In this document: positions 49,507 to 57,120 of the stretch, one piece after another
How the letters are laid out: the number at the start of each line of letters is the position of its first letter
Position numbering within the stretch: position 1 is the stretch's first letter
IMG/VR virus record: IMGVR_UViG_3300045988_066443
Direction: 5' to 3' (one strand)
Length of the DNA: 64,000 nt
Source: a virus
Program-made: the position numbers and the translations under genes
The notes under the pieces: generated by a model
The model's input: the letters and a program-made list of their open reading frames with translations, nothing else
Told to the model about the DNA's origin: nothing
Database searches by the model: none

Positions 49507-49579
49507 TGGACACGCAGGGACTCGAACCCTATCTTCCGGTGTGCAAAACCAGCGCTCTAGCCATTTGAGCTAACGGCCC
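49507..49579 (-). tRNA. tRNA-Ala (anticodon TGC), acceptor stem imperfect
   Basis: GGGCCGTTAGCTCAAATGGCTAGAGCGCTGGTTTTGCACACCGGAAGATAGGGTTCGAGTCCCTGCGTGTCCA; loop TTTGCAC; G3-U70 present but base pairs 5-7 do not pair with 66-68. Confidence 0.5.
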
Positions 49580-49843
49580 ATGTTTGAGATTTTCTTTTTA
49601 ATTGGTGACATAACTCATAAATTTCCACTGTTAGGATTCCATAACCTAACATCACCAGATAAGTCTTTAATTAGTTATATTCTGGATACATAAGTTTGTA
49701 ACTATATATCTTTTAACGGCAACCATCCGTTTAACAATTCTCAAGTTCAGCTTGCCTATTATAACTACGCAGGGACTGGCTTCGACTTATTAGCATAAAT
49801 GCTAACAGACCCCGACTGGATTTTTACCTTGCCAGGTTAGTAT

Positions 49844-50041
49844 TTACTTAATAATTACTTTCTTAGCGCTTTCTCTAGCTTTAGCTTGCCTAATCTTATA
49901 GTCTCTAACTACTTCCTTCATATGGGTATTAAATTCTTTCATGTCCTCCCATGATACAGGATTAGATAGTTTAGGCTTAGTAAATATGCTATAACTTTCT
50001 AGGCTTTTCATTTTCTTCTTTCTGTTTACGAGCCTTCTCAC
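49844..50041 (-). CDS. hypothetical basic small protein (65 aa)
   Basis: ORF. Confidence 0.3.
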   Translation of the reverse strand: MRRLVNRKKKMKSLESYSIFTKPKLSNPVSWEDMKEFNTHMKEVVRDYKIRQAKARESAKKVIIK

Positions 50042-50278
50042 ACGCTTTCCGTCTCATTACGTATGGACAATCACAGCACCCACTGGCAGGATTATACCAA
50101 CAACAATAATCACATTGATGCATATCTAACAGCAAATTGTTTATTTCTCTTTGTTAATACTTTAATCGCTTCCCATATGTCTTTAATATCATTTGGAATT
50201 TCACCTTTCTTGTCCATCATATTCCTCTTTCTGCACTCTCTAGACACTTCCCTAAGAACTCGTCTTTTGATAGTGGAG

Positions 50279-50644
50279 TTAACCTTCCTTATTTTCATAC
50301 AAATCTAATTTTTCAAATCTAACAAAATGTCCACCGCCTTGTTGAGGCGGAAGTATCAAGTTTGGGAAGCGACTACTCCATAGTGCTAATTCAAGAGGAG
50401 ACGTGCTTGTGAAAAACTCTCCAAGTTCCGATATAGGTTTTTTCAGTTCTCTAAGTTTTTCCGAAATTTCCTTATACCTTTTACTCTTTTTATTAATCCC
50501 ACTTCGCTGTGCCTCTAACTCAGCTATATTATCTAATATAGGTTTGACAATAGACTTGTAGTCTTCCTGAGTTATTAACAGCTTAACTTGACTTATACCA
50601 TTTGCATAAGTAAGTTTAAACTTTCCAATAGGTTGTACTATCAT
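50279..50644 (-). CDS. hypothetical protein (121 aa)
   Basis: ORF. Confidence 0.35.
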   Translation of the reverse strand: MIVQPIGKFKLTYANGISQVKLLITQEDYKSIVKPILDNIAELEAQRSGINKKSKRYKEISEKLRELKKPISELGEFFTSTSPLELALWSSRFPNLILPPQQGGGHFVRFEKLDLYENKEG

Positions 50645-50804
50645 ATCTAATTAATTAAAAGTTGGTGGATGCTAGCCGTTTCTATTCCACCATTGCGTAC
50701 TACAGTGCTAGCTACCGTCTAGACGACTCTCTTCCTCACATCGGTCTAGAGTTTGCTGGATTACTATTGCTTAGTTAAAAACTAAGGAGGGTTCAGCAAA
50801 AAGG

Positions 50805-50889
50805 CGTATGGTGCAGGATTCGAACCTGCGATGGGATTTCTCACGACGGGTTAACAGCCCGCTGCCGTCGGCCACTTGGCTAACCATAC
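50805..50889 (-). tRNA. type II (long-variable-arm) tRNA with anticodon GTT; Ser/Tyr-like architecture; identity uncertain
   Basis: GTATGGTTAGCCAAGTGGCCGACGGCAGCGGGCTGTTAACCCGTCGTGAGAAATCCCATCGCAGGTTCGAATCCTGCACCATACG. Perfect acceptor stem, 3-bp D stem, anticodon arm GCGGG-CTGTTAA-CCCGT, 16-nt variable region with weak pairing, discriminator G. Confidence 0.45.
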
Positions 50890-51141
50890 ATATTATTTCC
50901 TCCCAGACATCTGTAAGTACCCCATTGGTACTTACCTTTTAATGATATTTTTACTCTTGTCCTCTGTATGGAGGAGGTATTGTTCCAGACACTAACCAAG
51001 TGTAGTTCTTAGAACTCTGTTCAAAATACCATTTAGCAGCTTTCTTTACAACATTAATTACTTTCTTCATAACATTAAAGTTTAAAATTGTTAATAATTA
51101 ATCTAATAACAGAGCCACAAAAGGAGTTTAGTTGCGGAGGT

Positions 51142-51158
51142 AGGATTATTTCCAAATA
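51142..51158 (-). repeat. 17-nt duplicate of the 3' end of the CAT tRNA-like gene (tgcggaggtaggatt)
   Basis: matches 51867-51883; lies just past the stop of the second GIY-YIG gene. Confidence 0.6.
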
Positions 51159-51205
51159 AATTTATATGCAGTTTTCAATTTCCCTTTTACACATAAACTA
51201 ATCTT

Positions 51206-51781
51206 CTAGCGAACACCTCCATTATAAGTTTTAGCATAACCATTGTCTACTAACCAGTGTGCAGCATCGGCTATACTGTTCCAAGTCCTGATAAAGTTAT
51301 TATTTAAATCATACTGAGATATTGATACAGGTTGCTTGCAACTTCCCAAATAAAATTTGTTCTTTGGTATATTGTTTATATTTATTACTTTAGAAACTGT
51401 ATCAACAGAACATTGCATTTTGGCGGAAACTTCAATCATTGTCATTCCGCTAGTATATAAAGATATTATTTCTTTATAATCGAATAAGATAGCTCCATCG
51501 CCTCCCATAGTAGCATTATAGCCATTTGAGTATGTGTCTAGCTTATCTATAAATTGAATTTCATAAGAAGCTAATTCCTCATCATCACATTCATACAGCT
51601 ACTCAACTATGAAGTTCTCGATCCCATACTTGTTCATAGCATCATATAGCGGCCTCTTTTCACATCTTTCCTTCTTGCAATCATTACAATGTTCTTTAAA
51701 TCTCTTAGTTACAGAATAAGTAGTTTTTCCAACATACTATTTTCCATTAATTAAATTTGTAATACAATAAATATATCCCAT
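51206..51781 (-). CDS. GIY-YIG homing endonuclease; full length only if 2 in-frame TAG codons are read as sense
   Basis: MGYIYCITNLINGK[TAG]YVGKTTYSVTKRFKEHCNDCKKERCEKRPLYDAMNKYGIENFIVE[TAG]LYECDDEELASYEIQFIDKLDTYSNGYNATMGGDGAILFDYKEIISLYTSGMTMIEVSAKMQCSVDTVSKVININNIPKNKFYLGSCKQPVSISQYDLNNNFIRTWNSIADAAHWLVDNGYAKTYNGGVR*. Single frame throughout. The first TAG (51737-51739) lies between the GIY and YVG motifs. Confidence 0.55.
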
Positions 51782-51865
51782 GTTCTATTCTTATTTAAAA
51801 TTAAACATATTAGTAAGATTAGCGTTATCCAACTCACACCACGTGGAGGTTCTTACTTGTGAGTC

Positions 51866-51945
51866 TTGCGGAGGTAGGATTCGAACCGTTTATGACGATT
51901 TCTAGGTTATGAGCCTAGCGAGATGACCAACTTCTCTACTCCACG
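51866..51945 (-). tRNA. tRNA-like gene with CAT anticodon, initiator-like C1 opposite A72, degenerate T-stem
   Basis: CGTGGAGTAGAGAAGTTGGTCATCTCGCTAGGCTCATAACCTAGAAATCGTCATAAACGGTTCGAATCCTACCTCCGCAA. Perfect D and anticodon arms, conserved GGTTCGAATCC, but T-stem pairs poorly and the variable region is 11 nt. Confidence 0.35.
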
Positions 51946-52083
51946 ATATTAGTAGCTAATTTACATCCGCTACTCAGGGATGCCTTTCACGATAAGGGAC
52001 GCCCTTCTAACCGTAGGTGACGACTGGGTGATAACGTAACCAGACACGTTAACTATTTGTAGTTAAAAGACTTGCACGTCGAG

Positions 52084-52158
52084 ACTCGGTGGTCAGATTC
52101 GAACTGACGAATCAGCAGATTTGCAGTCTGAGCCATTAAACCACTCTGGTACACCGAG
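52084..52158 (-). tRNA. tRNA-Cys (anticodon GCA)
   Basis: CTCGGTGTACCAGAGTGGTTTAATGGCTCAGACTGCAAATCTGCTGATTCGTCAGTTCGAATCTGACCACCGAGT; loop CTGCAAA; discriminator U. Confidence 0.6.
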
Positions 52159-52244
52159 GTGACTACTTCTCCACCCCGTAAGACTAGCTATTCGGAGATA
52201 AGACCAGTTACAACTTGTAACTGCTGTGGAGCCTTGTTTCGTCG

Positions 52245-52326
52245 TTCCGATTAAAGGATTTGAACCTCTGACCTCCCACTAATGCTTTATTGGTATGGGC
52301 GCTCTACCATACTGAGCTAAATCGGA
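52245..52326 (-). tRNA. tRNA-like gene with an 8-nt-expanded anticodon arm (15-nt loop); anticodon unassignable
   Basis: TCCGATTTAGCTCAGTATGGTAGAGCG-CCCAT-ACCAATAAAGCATTA-GTGGG-AGGTCAGAGGTTCAAATCCTTTAATCGGAA; perfect acceptor, D and T arms. Confidence 0.35.
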
Positions 52327-52330
52327 AAAG

Positions 52331-52402
52331 AGTGGATAATGAGAATCGAACTCACATCCTCGGCATGGCAAGCCGATGCACTAACCATTGTGCTATACCC
52401 AC
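52331..52402 (-). tRNA. tRNA-Gly (anticodon GCC)
   Basis: GTGGGTATAGCACAATGGTTAGTGCATCGGCTTGCCATGCCGAGGATGTGAGTTCGATTCTCATTATCCACT. Confidence 0.85.
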
Positions 52403-52407
52403 AAATG

Positions 52408-52482
52408 TGCAGGTAGAGAGACTCGAACTCTCCCCTCCAGATTGGAAGTCTGGCGTGCTCAATCCATTAACACCACACCTGC
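52408..52482 (-). tRNA. tRNA-Gly (anticodon TCC)
   Basis: GCAGGTGTGGTGTTAATGGATTGAGCACGCCAGACTTCCAATCTGGAGGGGAGAGTTCGAGTCTCTCTACCTGCA. Confidence 0.75.
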
Positions 52483-52517
52483 ATAATGGAGAGTTTTACG
52501 ATACTCTCCTAAACGAA

Positions 52518-52862
52518 TTACTCAGATAACAGCTCCTGCATATCAATCTCGCCAGCTACCTTAGTAATAGCGATTTTGAACGGATTCCCCTTGATTTTGT
52601 CAAACAAGTGAGCATCACGAGTTTCTTTCACCTCGTCAGGGACGTTAAATTTCTTCTTGCCTTTCTCTATAGTTTTCCATGTAACCACCTCGCAGCGAGT
52701 TATCTCGTAAACGCTGTCGTTTCGGTCAACGTAAACCTTGAAAAAGTTCTTTTTGTAGTTGAACTTCTCAACCCTTTTGAAATTCTTGGGATGAGCGTGG
52801 AACTTCAAGTCGCATTTTCCATTAGCTAAGAAAATCAATTCTGCCACAATAATACTCCGCAT
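52518..52862 (-). CDS. hypothetical protein (114 aa)
   Basis: ORF. Confidence 0.35.
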   Translation of the reverse strand: MRSIIVAELIFLANGKCDLKFHAHPKNFKRVEKFNYKKNFFKVYVDRNDSVYEITRCEVVTWKTIEKGKKKFNVPDEVKETRDAHLFDKIKGNPFKIAITKVAGEIDMQELLSE

Positions 52863-52983
52863 AGTCGGAGATTCAAAGTTAAACTATGTTAATTCCAGTC
52901 TTTCGTCTGGCACTCCACCTCGTTTTAACCAATAGCTACTATTATTCACTATTTGAGCTAAGCTCTAAACTGGGATAAAGGTA

Positions 52984-53343
52984 TTAGTCTATGTAAATAA
53001 ACGGTTTTCCAAATTCTTCCATGAAGGACTCAAACCATCCCTCCATTTCTTCGTCACTATCAAAATAGATAGATTCATCATGTCTTTTAGAGAACTCTAA
53101 AATGATATGAGGTTTCTGATATACTATTCCATCCTTGTAGAAGGCATATCTTTTCTCTAAAGATGAAATCATTTTTTCTTCCGTATAAGTTCCAAAACAT
53201 GGGTCCCAATAATACCAATAATCTCGATGTATTTTCCAAAACAAGAATCGGTAATCGTTCACATAATGTACCCAATCAGGATGCTTTCTAGTTTTAAAAA
53301 CTAAAACTCTCTTTACTAAACTTCCATTAATATACTTGTCCAT
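52984..53343 (-). CDS. hypothetical protein (119 aa)
   Basis: ORF. Confidence 0.35.
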   Translation of the reverse strand: MDKYINGSLVKRVLVFKTRKHPDWVHYVNDYRFLFWKIHRDYWYYWDPCFGTYTEEKMISSLEKRYAFYKDGIVYQKPHIILEFSKRHDESIYFDSDEEMEGWFESFMEEFGKPFIYID

Positions 53344-53346
53344 ACT

Positions 53347-53775
53347 TTAATCCCAATATTCTGGGCAGTTTTCAGTCATTAATAATCCCTTTTCGCAAAA
53401 GCCTTTATCATAGAAAATGCAGGATGAACACGAAAGATTGTCCCTAGATTCATATTCTTGAATACCTTCTTGAATATCTCTTTTTGCTTTATATCTATCC
53501 TTTCTATTCTCTTTCTTGTATTCATATTGCATCATTCTGCTTCTATAAGGAGAAGTACAATTCTTAAGCATCTTTGCGTATTTAGAACTATCAAGGAAAT
53601 CCGTAATTGACTCACAGACCTTCAACGCCTTATTCCTTATTATAGGAACATTATACCTTACATTGGCTTTAATCCCGGCAACAGGTACGTAAAATTTACC
53701 GCAAGCGTTGTAAACCTTTTTAGCTCTCGAAATCCACTTTCTTTTAGAAAGTTCTCTTCTCAATTCTCTATCCAT
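53347..53775 (-). CDS. hypothetical basic protein
   Basis: track ORF 53347..53922 trimmed to the internal Met (MDRELRRELS...) because its 5' part overlaps the tRNA at 53796-53869. Confidence 0.35.
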   Translation of the reverse strand: MDRELRRELSKRKWISRAKKVYNACGKFYVPVAGIKANVRYNVPIIRNKALKVCESITDFLDSSKYAKMLKNCTSPYRSRMMQYEYKKENRKDRYKAKRDIQEGIQEYESRDNLSCSSCIFYDKGFCEKGLLMTENCPEYWD

Positions 53776-53795
53776 AAGCAATAAGATTAGTGTAG

Positions 53796-53869
53796 AATCT
53801 AGAGTGGGATTCGAACCCACGAAACACGGTTTTGCAGACCGTTCCCTTAGACCGCTCGGGCATCTAGAC
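53796..53869 (-). tRNA. tRNA-Cys (anticodon GCA), second copy, 3-bp D-stem
   Basis: GTCTAGATGCCCGAGCGGTCTAAGGGAACGGTCTGCAAAACCGTGTTTCGTGGGTTCGAATCCCACTCTAGATT. Confidence 0.65.
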
Positions 53870-53896
53870 ATAAAGGGGAGACTAGCTCCCCAAGTT

Positions 53897-55309
53897 TTAT
53901 AGTACCAAAGAGTTGTAAGCACCTCTACGATACAGAGACGGTTTACTATTTGGATCTTTAATCCAGTAGTAATTAATTTCGTTGCCGTCTTTAGTAACTA
54001 CGATTCCTAGTTTCTTGTCAATCGCAATAATTTCGTCATCATAGAAGTCATCTCCAACTGCCAGATTTGCGAACTTAATATCCGAAGATACATAGTAATA
54101 TGACAGATTGTGGAAATTGTGGCGGCGATATTCATAATACTCGTTAAGAGCTTTTCTTTCCTCAACAGTACAGTTATCCTCATCGTCTACAATGGGCTTT
54201 GGCATCGGATTGTTGAATCTCTCAACAGCTTTAGAGAACTCCTCAATAGAGAATTTACTCTTATCAGCAGAAATCTCACCAGCATATGCATAACCTCTAA
54301 TGCAGGAATAGTTATACTCATTAGTTACTACGTTGAAGAAGCCTTTAGCTCTTCTCAATCCTTCTATACCGTGAATATTGACCTCATTAACTATAGTTTT
54401 GAGAATATCAATAGTAGATATAGTCAAAGAATCAATGAAATCAAGCAAATCTTGACGAGCTCCCGGCACTTGAAGTGCGTCGTCCAGATATTCGTTCACA
54501 ACCTTCAAATCCAAGTTGCCAAATTCCTTGACATAACGGATTCTAGACGGACGTCCTACCATATTCTCATTGATGGTCATAGCATTAGTAGTAAGCAGGA
54601 AAACCTTGCGATACTTAGAGTTGTAAACACCGTCCATGATTTGCAAGATAGTAGAATCCGATTCACTGAAATTCTTTTCAAATTCATCCAAGAACAGAAT
54701 GCAATCTCCTTCAATACCAGAAAGGAACTCAATCATAGATTGATTATGGTCTCCCATATCCTTTACGATAATGATGGGCAGATTTAGCTTGTTAGCCAGT
54801 TCCTTAGCAGTAACAGTCTTTCCAGTGCCCTTTGTACCAGTAAGCATAATTCCGAGATTGCCTTCTGTAGCGTGATACGTCTTAATTACATGGTCAATAA
54901 ACTCGTTCTGCAAGCCATACATTTTGTACGGGAATACAAACTTATCCGCATATCTGTCTAGGTGATAACCTGTCATTGTCAGACAAATACTGTAGATTCC
55001 AACTGGGAGAGACTGCTCAACGCTATAGCCTGAGCTTACCTGGGTATATGTAGACCCAGAACACATCCAAACTTTGTTCATTTTTTCTTTTTCTAAGTTA
55101 CTTAAAACAGATGCCTGTTTGAGACATCCTACTAATTGATTAGCTATAGATTCTATAGCTTCTTTGTTATCAGTTTCCTCTGAGAGTCTTTTTACAAACC
55201 ACTCTTTAGAACGGGCAACTATTTGCTCATCAGTCTCATTTTCAGAGATTGTTTCAGCAAATTCATGGTAGATACTAGTCAGCTTACCTTCTAATTCTTC
55301 TACGGTCAT
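53897..55309 (-). CDS. AAA+ ATPase (470 aa)
   Basis: Walker A IMLTGTKGTGKTVT; Walker B CILFLDEFEKN. Confidence 0.6.
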   Translation of the reverse strand: MTVEELEGKLTSIYHEFAETISENETDEQIVARSKEWFVKRLSEETDNKEAIESIANQLVGCLKQASVLSNLEKEKMNKVWMCSGSTYTQVSSGYSVEQSLPVGIYSICLTMTGYHLDRYADKFVFPYKMYGLQNEFIDHVIKTYHATEGNLGIMLTGTKGTGKTVTAKELANKLNLPIIIVKDMGDHNQSMIEFLSGIEGDCILFLDEFEKNFSESDSTILQIMDGVYNSKYRKVFLLTTNAMTINENMVGRPSRIRYVKEFGNLDLKVVNEYLDDALQVPGARQDLLDFIDSLTISTIDILKTIVNEVNIHGIEGLRRAKGFFNVVTNEYNYSCIRGYAYAGEISADKSKFSIEEFSKAVERFNNPMPKPIVDDEDNCTVEERKALNEYYEYRRHNFHNLSYYYVSSDIKFANLAVGDDFYDDEIIAIDKKLGIVVTKDGNEINYYWIKDPNSKPSLYRRGAYNSLVL

Positions 55310-55473
55310 TAGTAATCCTCCTCGTTATGTTCATTAGTTATGAGAGAACGAGCCTTTTCCATACCAGATTCGTAAGCCTCTGTAACAAACACTATGGCAG
55401 TTTTTAGGTCCATTTGACCCATGGAATTGCCATTGTCTACCATCTCCTGAATAATTTCACTTAACTCTTTCAT
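55309..55473 (-). CDS. hypothetical small protein (54 aa)
   Basis: manual translation MKELSEIIQEMVDNGNSMGQMDLKTAIVFVTEAYESGMEKARSLITNEHNEEDY; its TAA overlaps the ATG of the downstream ATPase (TAATG). Confidence 0.3.
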   Translation of the reverse strand: MKELSEIIQEMVDNGNSMGQMDLKTAIVFVTEAYESGMEKARSLITNEHNEEDY

Positions 55474-55495
55474 ATTACTTAATAAATAAAAGTTG

Positions 55496-55577
55496 TAGGG
55501 TAGGAGGGACTCGAACCCTCACGCCTTGCGGCACTAGATCCTAAGTCTAGCGCGTCTACCAATTCCGCCACTACCCC
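55496..55577 (-). tRNA. tRNA-Leu (anticodon TAG), type II
   Basis: GGGGTAGTGGCGGAATTGGTAGACGCGCTAGACTTAGGATCTAGTGCCGCAAGGCGTGAGGGTTCGAGTCCCTCCTACCCTA. Confidence 0.8.
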
Positions 55578-55655
55578 AACTGTTAGGTTGCTTTTATTTC
55601 TTTAGCAACCTTAACCATTTCGTTATATTTCTCTACTACTTTATTAAAGTCTTCT

Positions 55656-56045
55656 TCAGATATTTGAAAAAACTTTGTGAGAGTTTCCATACCACTCTTC
55701 TTGACCAGGAAGCCACATTACATTAATATATCTCTTCTTTTCTAATTCCATATGTACCTTAGATGAATCAATATAAACTGAATAGGCATCCTCTTCGATT
55801 CTACTACTTCGTGGATCTGTTGGGTCGGATGTAAGTCTGAAAAACATTGTTGACATACCATTGAAGTCTATCTTGAAACACTTTCCTATATAGCTTTTAA
55901 GTAGTGCTTTATGTCTATTATCGCTATCTACCTTCTCTTGGTGTCTCTTCCGTTCTTCTTCCTTAACATATTCATTATACTCTCTTAGAGAGCTATCTGG
56001 ATGCTTGTCCAGGTATTCTTCTATAGGACTCTTTCTTCCCCACAT
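55656..56045 (-). CDS. hypothetical protein (129 aa)
   Basis: ORF. Confidence 0.35.
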   Translation of the reverse strand: MWGRKSPIEEYLDKHPDSSLREYNEYVKEEERKRHQEKVDSDNRHKALLKSYIGKCFKIDFNGMSTMFFRLTSDPTDPRSSRIEEDAYSVYIDSSKVHMELEKKRYINVMWLPGQEEWYGNSHKVFSNI

Positions 56046-56046
56046 A

Positions 56047-56457
56047 TTATACTACTTTAAGATGGCAATAAATACTAAATTCTGGAATTGGAATCCAAGT
56101 TGCAATACCATTGCTATCTACTGGTTTACCCTTGTTGATTGTACAAATAGTGATATGAGGTTTAGCATTTGCACAAGGCAGATATTGGTCTCCCAATTCT
56201 ACTCCAAAAGCTATTGCTTTCTCAGAAATCCCTATTTTGTTTACAATTAATCGAAAATTACCATCTATACGATATTGTAGGTCATTAGCCATCTCTTCTT
56301 CATGTTGATTTTTATGGAGAAGAGTGCAATGATCTAAATAAATAGTACTTCCTCTTTGGAACACCAGATTGCAAATGATGGGATTTCCAATGATAACTTG
56401 CATAAGTTTGTTTCTAGTTGGTTCATCTAAGAACAATCCAAAATACTGATAATTCAT
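56047..56457 (-). CDS. hypothetical protein (136 aa)
   Basis: ORF. Confidence 0.35.
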   Translation of the reverse strand: MNYQYFGLFLDEPTRNKLMQVIIGNPIICNLVFQRGSTIYLDHCTLLHKNQHEEEMANDLQYRIDGNFRLIVNKIGISEKAIAFGVELGDQYLPCANAKPHITICTINKGKPVDSNGIATWIPIPEFSIYCHLKVV

Positions 56458-56595
56458 AAGTTTTATTTTTTAATTATTTGAAATCAGACCTCATACCCGT
56501 TCCATGGAGCGCAATATAAGCCGACTATACTCGTGGCAACCTATATTACTTGATATGTCTTTTCGGTTGTACTACTTTCTCCGTATCTGATTATG

Positions 56596-56664
56596 TGAAC
56601 CTATTGGGACTTGAACCCAAATCTAGCCAACGCGTCTAGACCTTTATTCCAATTAGGTAGGCTC
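56596..56664 (-). tRNA. degenerate 69-nt tRNA-like gene; anticodon arm with a 9-nt loop or mismatched stem
   Basis: GAGCCTACCTAATTGGAATAAAGG-TCTAG-ACGCGTTGG-CTAGA-TTTGGGTTCAAGTCCCAATAGGTTCA; good acceptor and T arm; no nt 8-9 spacer; 1-nt variable loop. Confidence 0.3.
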
Positions 56665-56669
56665 AAGTG

Positions 56670-56744
56670 TGGACCTAGAGGGCTTTGAACCCCCGACCTT
56701 CTGATTATGAGTCAGCTGCTCTGACCGGACTGAGCTATAGGTCC
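56670..56744 (-). tRNA. tRNA with CAT anticodon (elongator Met or lysidine-type Ile2)
   Basis: GGACCTATAGCTCAGTCCGGTCAGAGCAGCTGACTCATAATCAGAAGGTCGGGGGTTCAAAGCCCTCTAGGTCCA. Confidence 0.75.
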
Positions 56745-56750
56745 TAAATA

Positions 56751-56960
56751 TTATTCGTATGCACTTATTGATTTGCATTCAAATATTACTGTCTTCCCTA
56801 GAACATCGCTTGGTTTTATATTAAACTTAGCAAATTCTAGCATCAACTTTTCCATTTCTTCTACAGAATGGGTTTCTCCTATGATACTTTTTCTATCTAT
56901 AGAAGTTTGAAAATTGGCAAACAATTCTGTAACTAAACAACTATTAATTATTACTCTCAT
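56751..56960 (-). CDS. hypothetical small protein (69 aa)
   Basis: ORF. Confidence 0.3.
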   Translation of the reverse strand: MRVIINSCLVTELFANFQTSIDRKSIIGETHSVEEMEKLMLEFAKFNIKPSDVLGKTVIFECKSISAYE

Positions 56961-57120
56961 TTCTTACTATTATTTGTTCTTCTGGTTTTAACTTTTCTGC
57001 TGCATCAGAGTGTAGCTTACCACACCTAACACACCAACAAACTCCGAATGAATTTTCCCGGACTTTACATTTACCTTTGTCACAAAACTTGACAACCTTT
57101 CTATAATCTTCTGGCTTCAT
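56944..57120 (-). CDS. hypothetical Cys-rich small protein (58 aa)
   Basis: manual translation MKPEDYRKVVKFCDKGKCKVRENSFGVCWCVRCGKLHS...; ATGA overlap with the upstream gene. Confidence 0.3.
   Translation of the reverse strand: MKPEDYRKVVKFCDKGKCKVRENSFGVCWCVRCGKLHSDAAEKLKPEEQIIVRNESNN

Noticed and set aside
49309-49560. plus-strand ORF of 83 aa
   Set aside because: Overlaps the minus-strand small ORF 49303..49488 and tRNA-Ala. All supported genes are on the minus strand.
49790-49805. ttagcat-aa-atgctaa perfect palindrome
   Set aside because: The 2-nt spacer is too short for a stable hairpin. It may be a protein-binding site, but there is no supporting context.
50110-50298. 62-aa minus-strand ORF
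   Set aside because: Nested or overlapping with 50279..50644 and the gap after 49844..50041. Weak coding signal.
52245-52326. group I intron in the expanded tRNA-like gene
   Set aside because: The extra sequence is only 8 nt, far too small for a self-splicing intron.
52290-52529. plus-strand ORF of 79 aa
   Set aside because: Entirely overlaps the minus-strand tRNA-like gene, tRNA-Gly(GCC) and tRNA-Gly(TCC). It is an artefact of structured RNA sequence.
55580-55658. possible +1 frame extension (…ISEEDFNKVVEKYNEMVKVAKEIKAT) past the TGA stop of 55656..56045
   Set aside because: The upstream slippery-looking gttttttca does not fit a canonical shift heptamer. Most likely a chance open frame in AT-rich sequence.
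50705-56640. recurrent GTCTAGAC-like palindromic words near tRNA genes (50711, 50741, 53797, 53863, 56632)
   Set aside because: Some are simply tRNA acceptor-stem sequence. Too few and too heterogeneous to call a motif without statistics.
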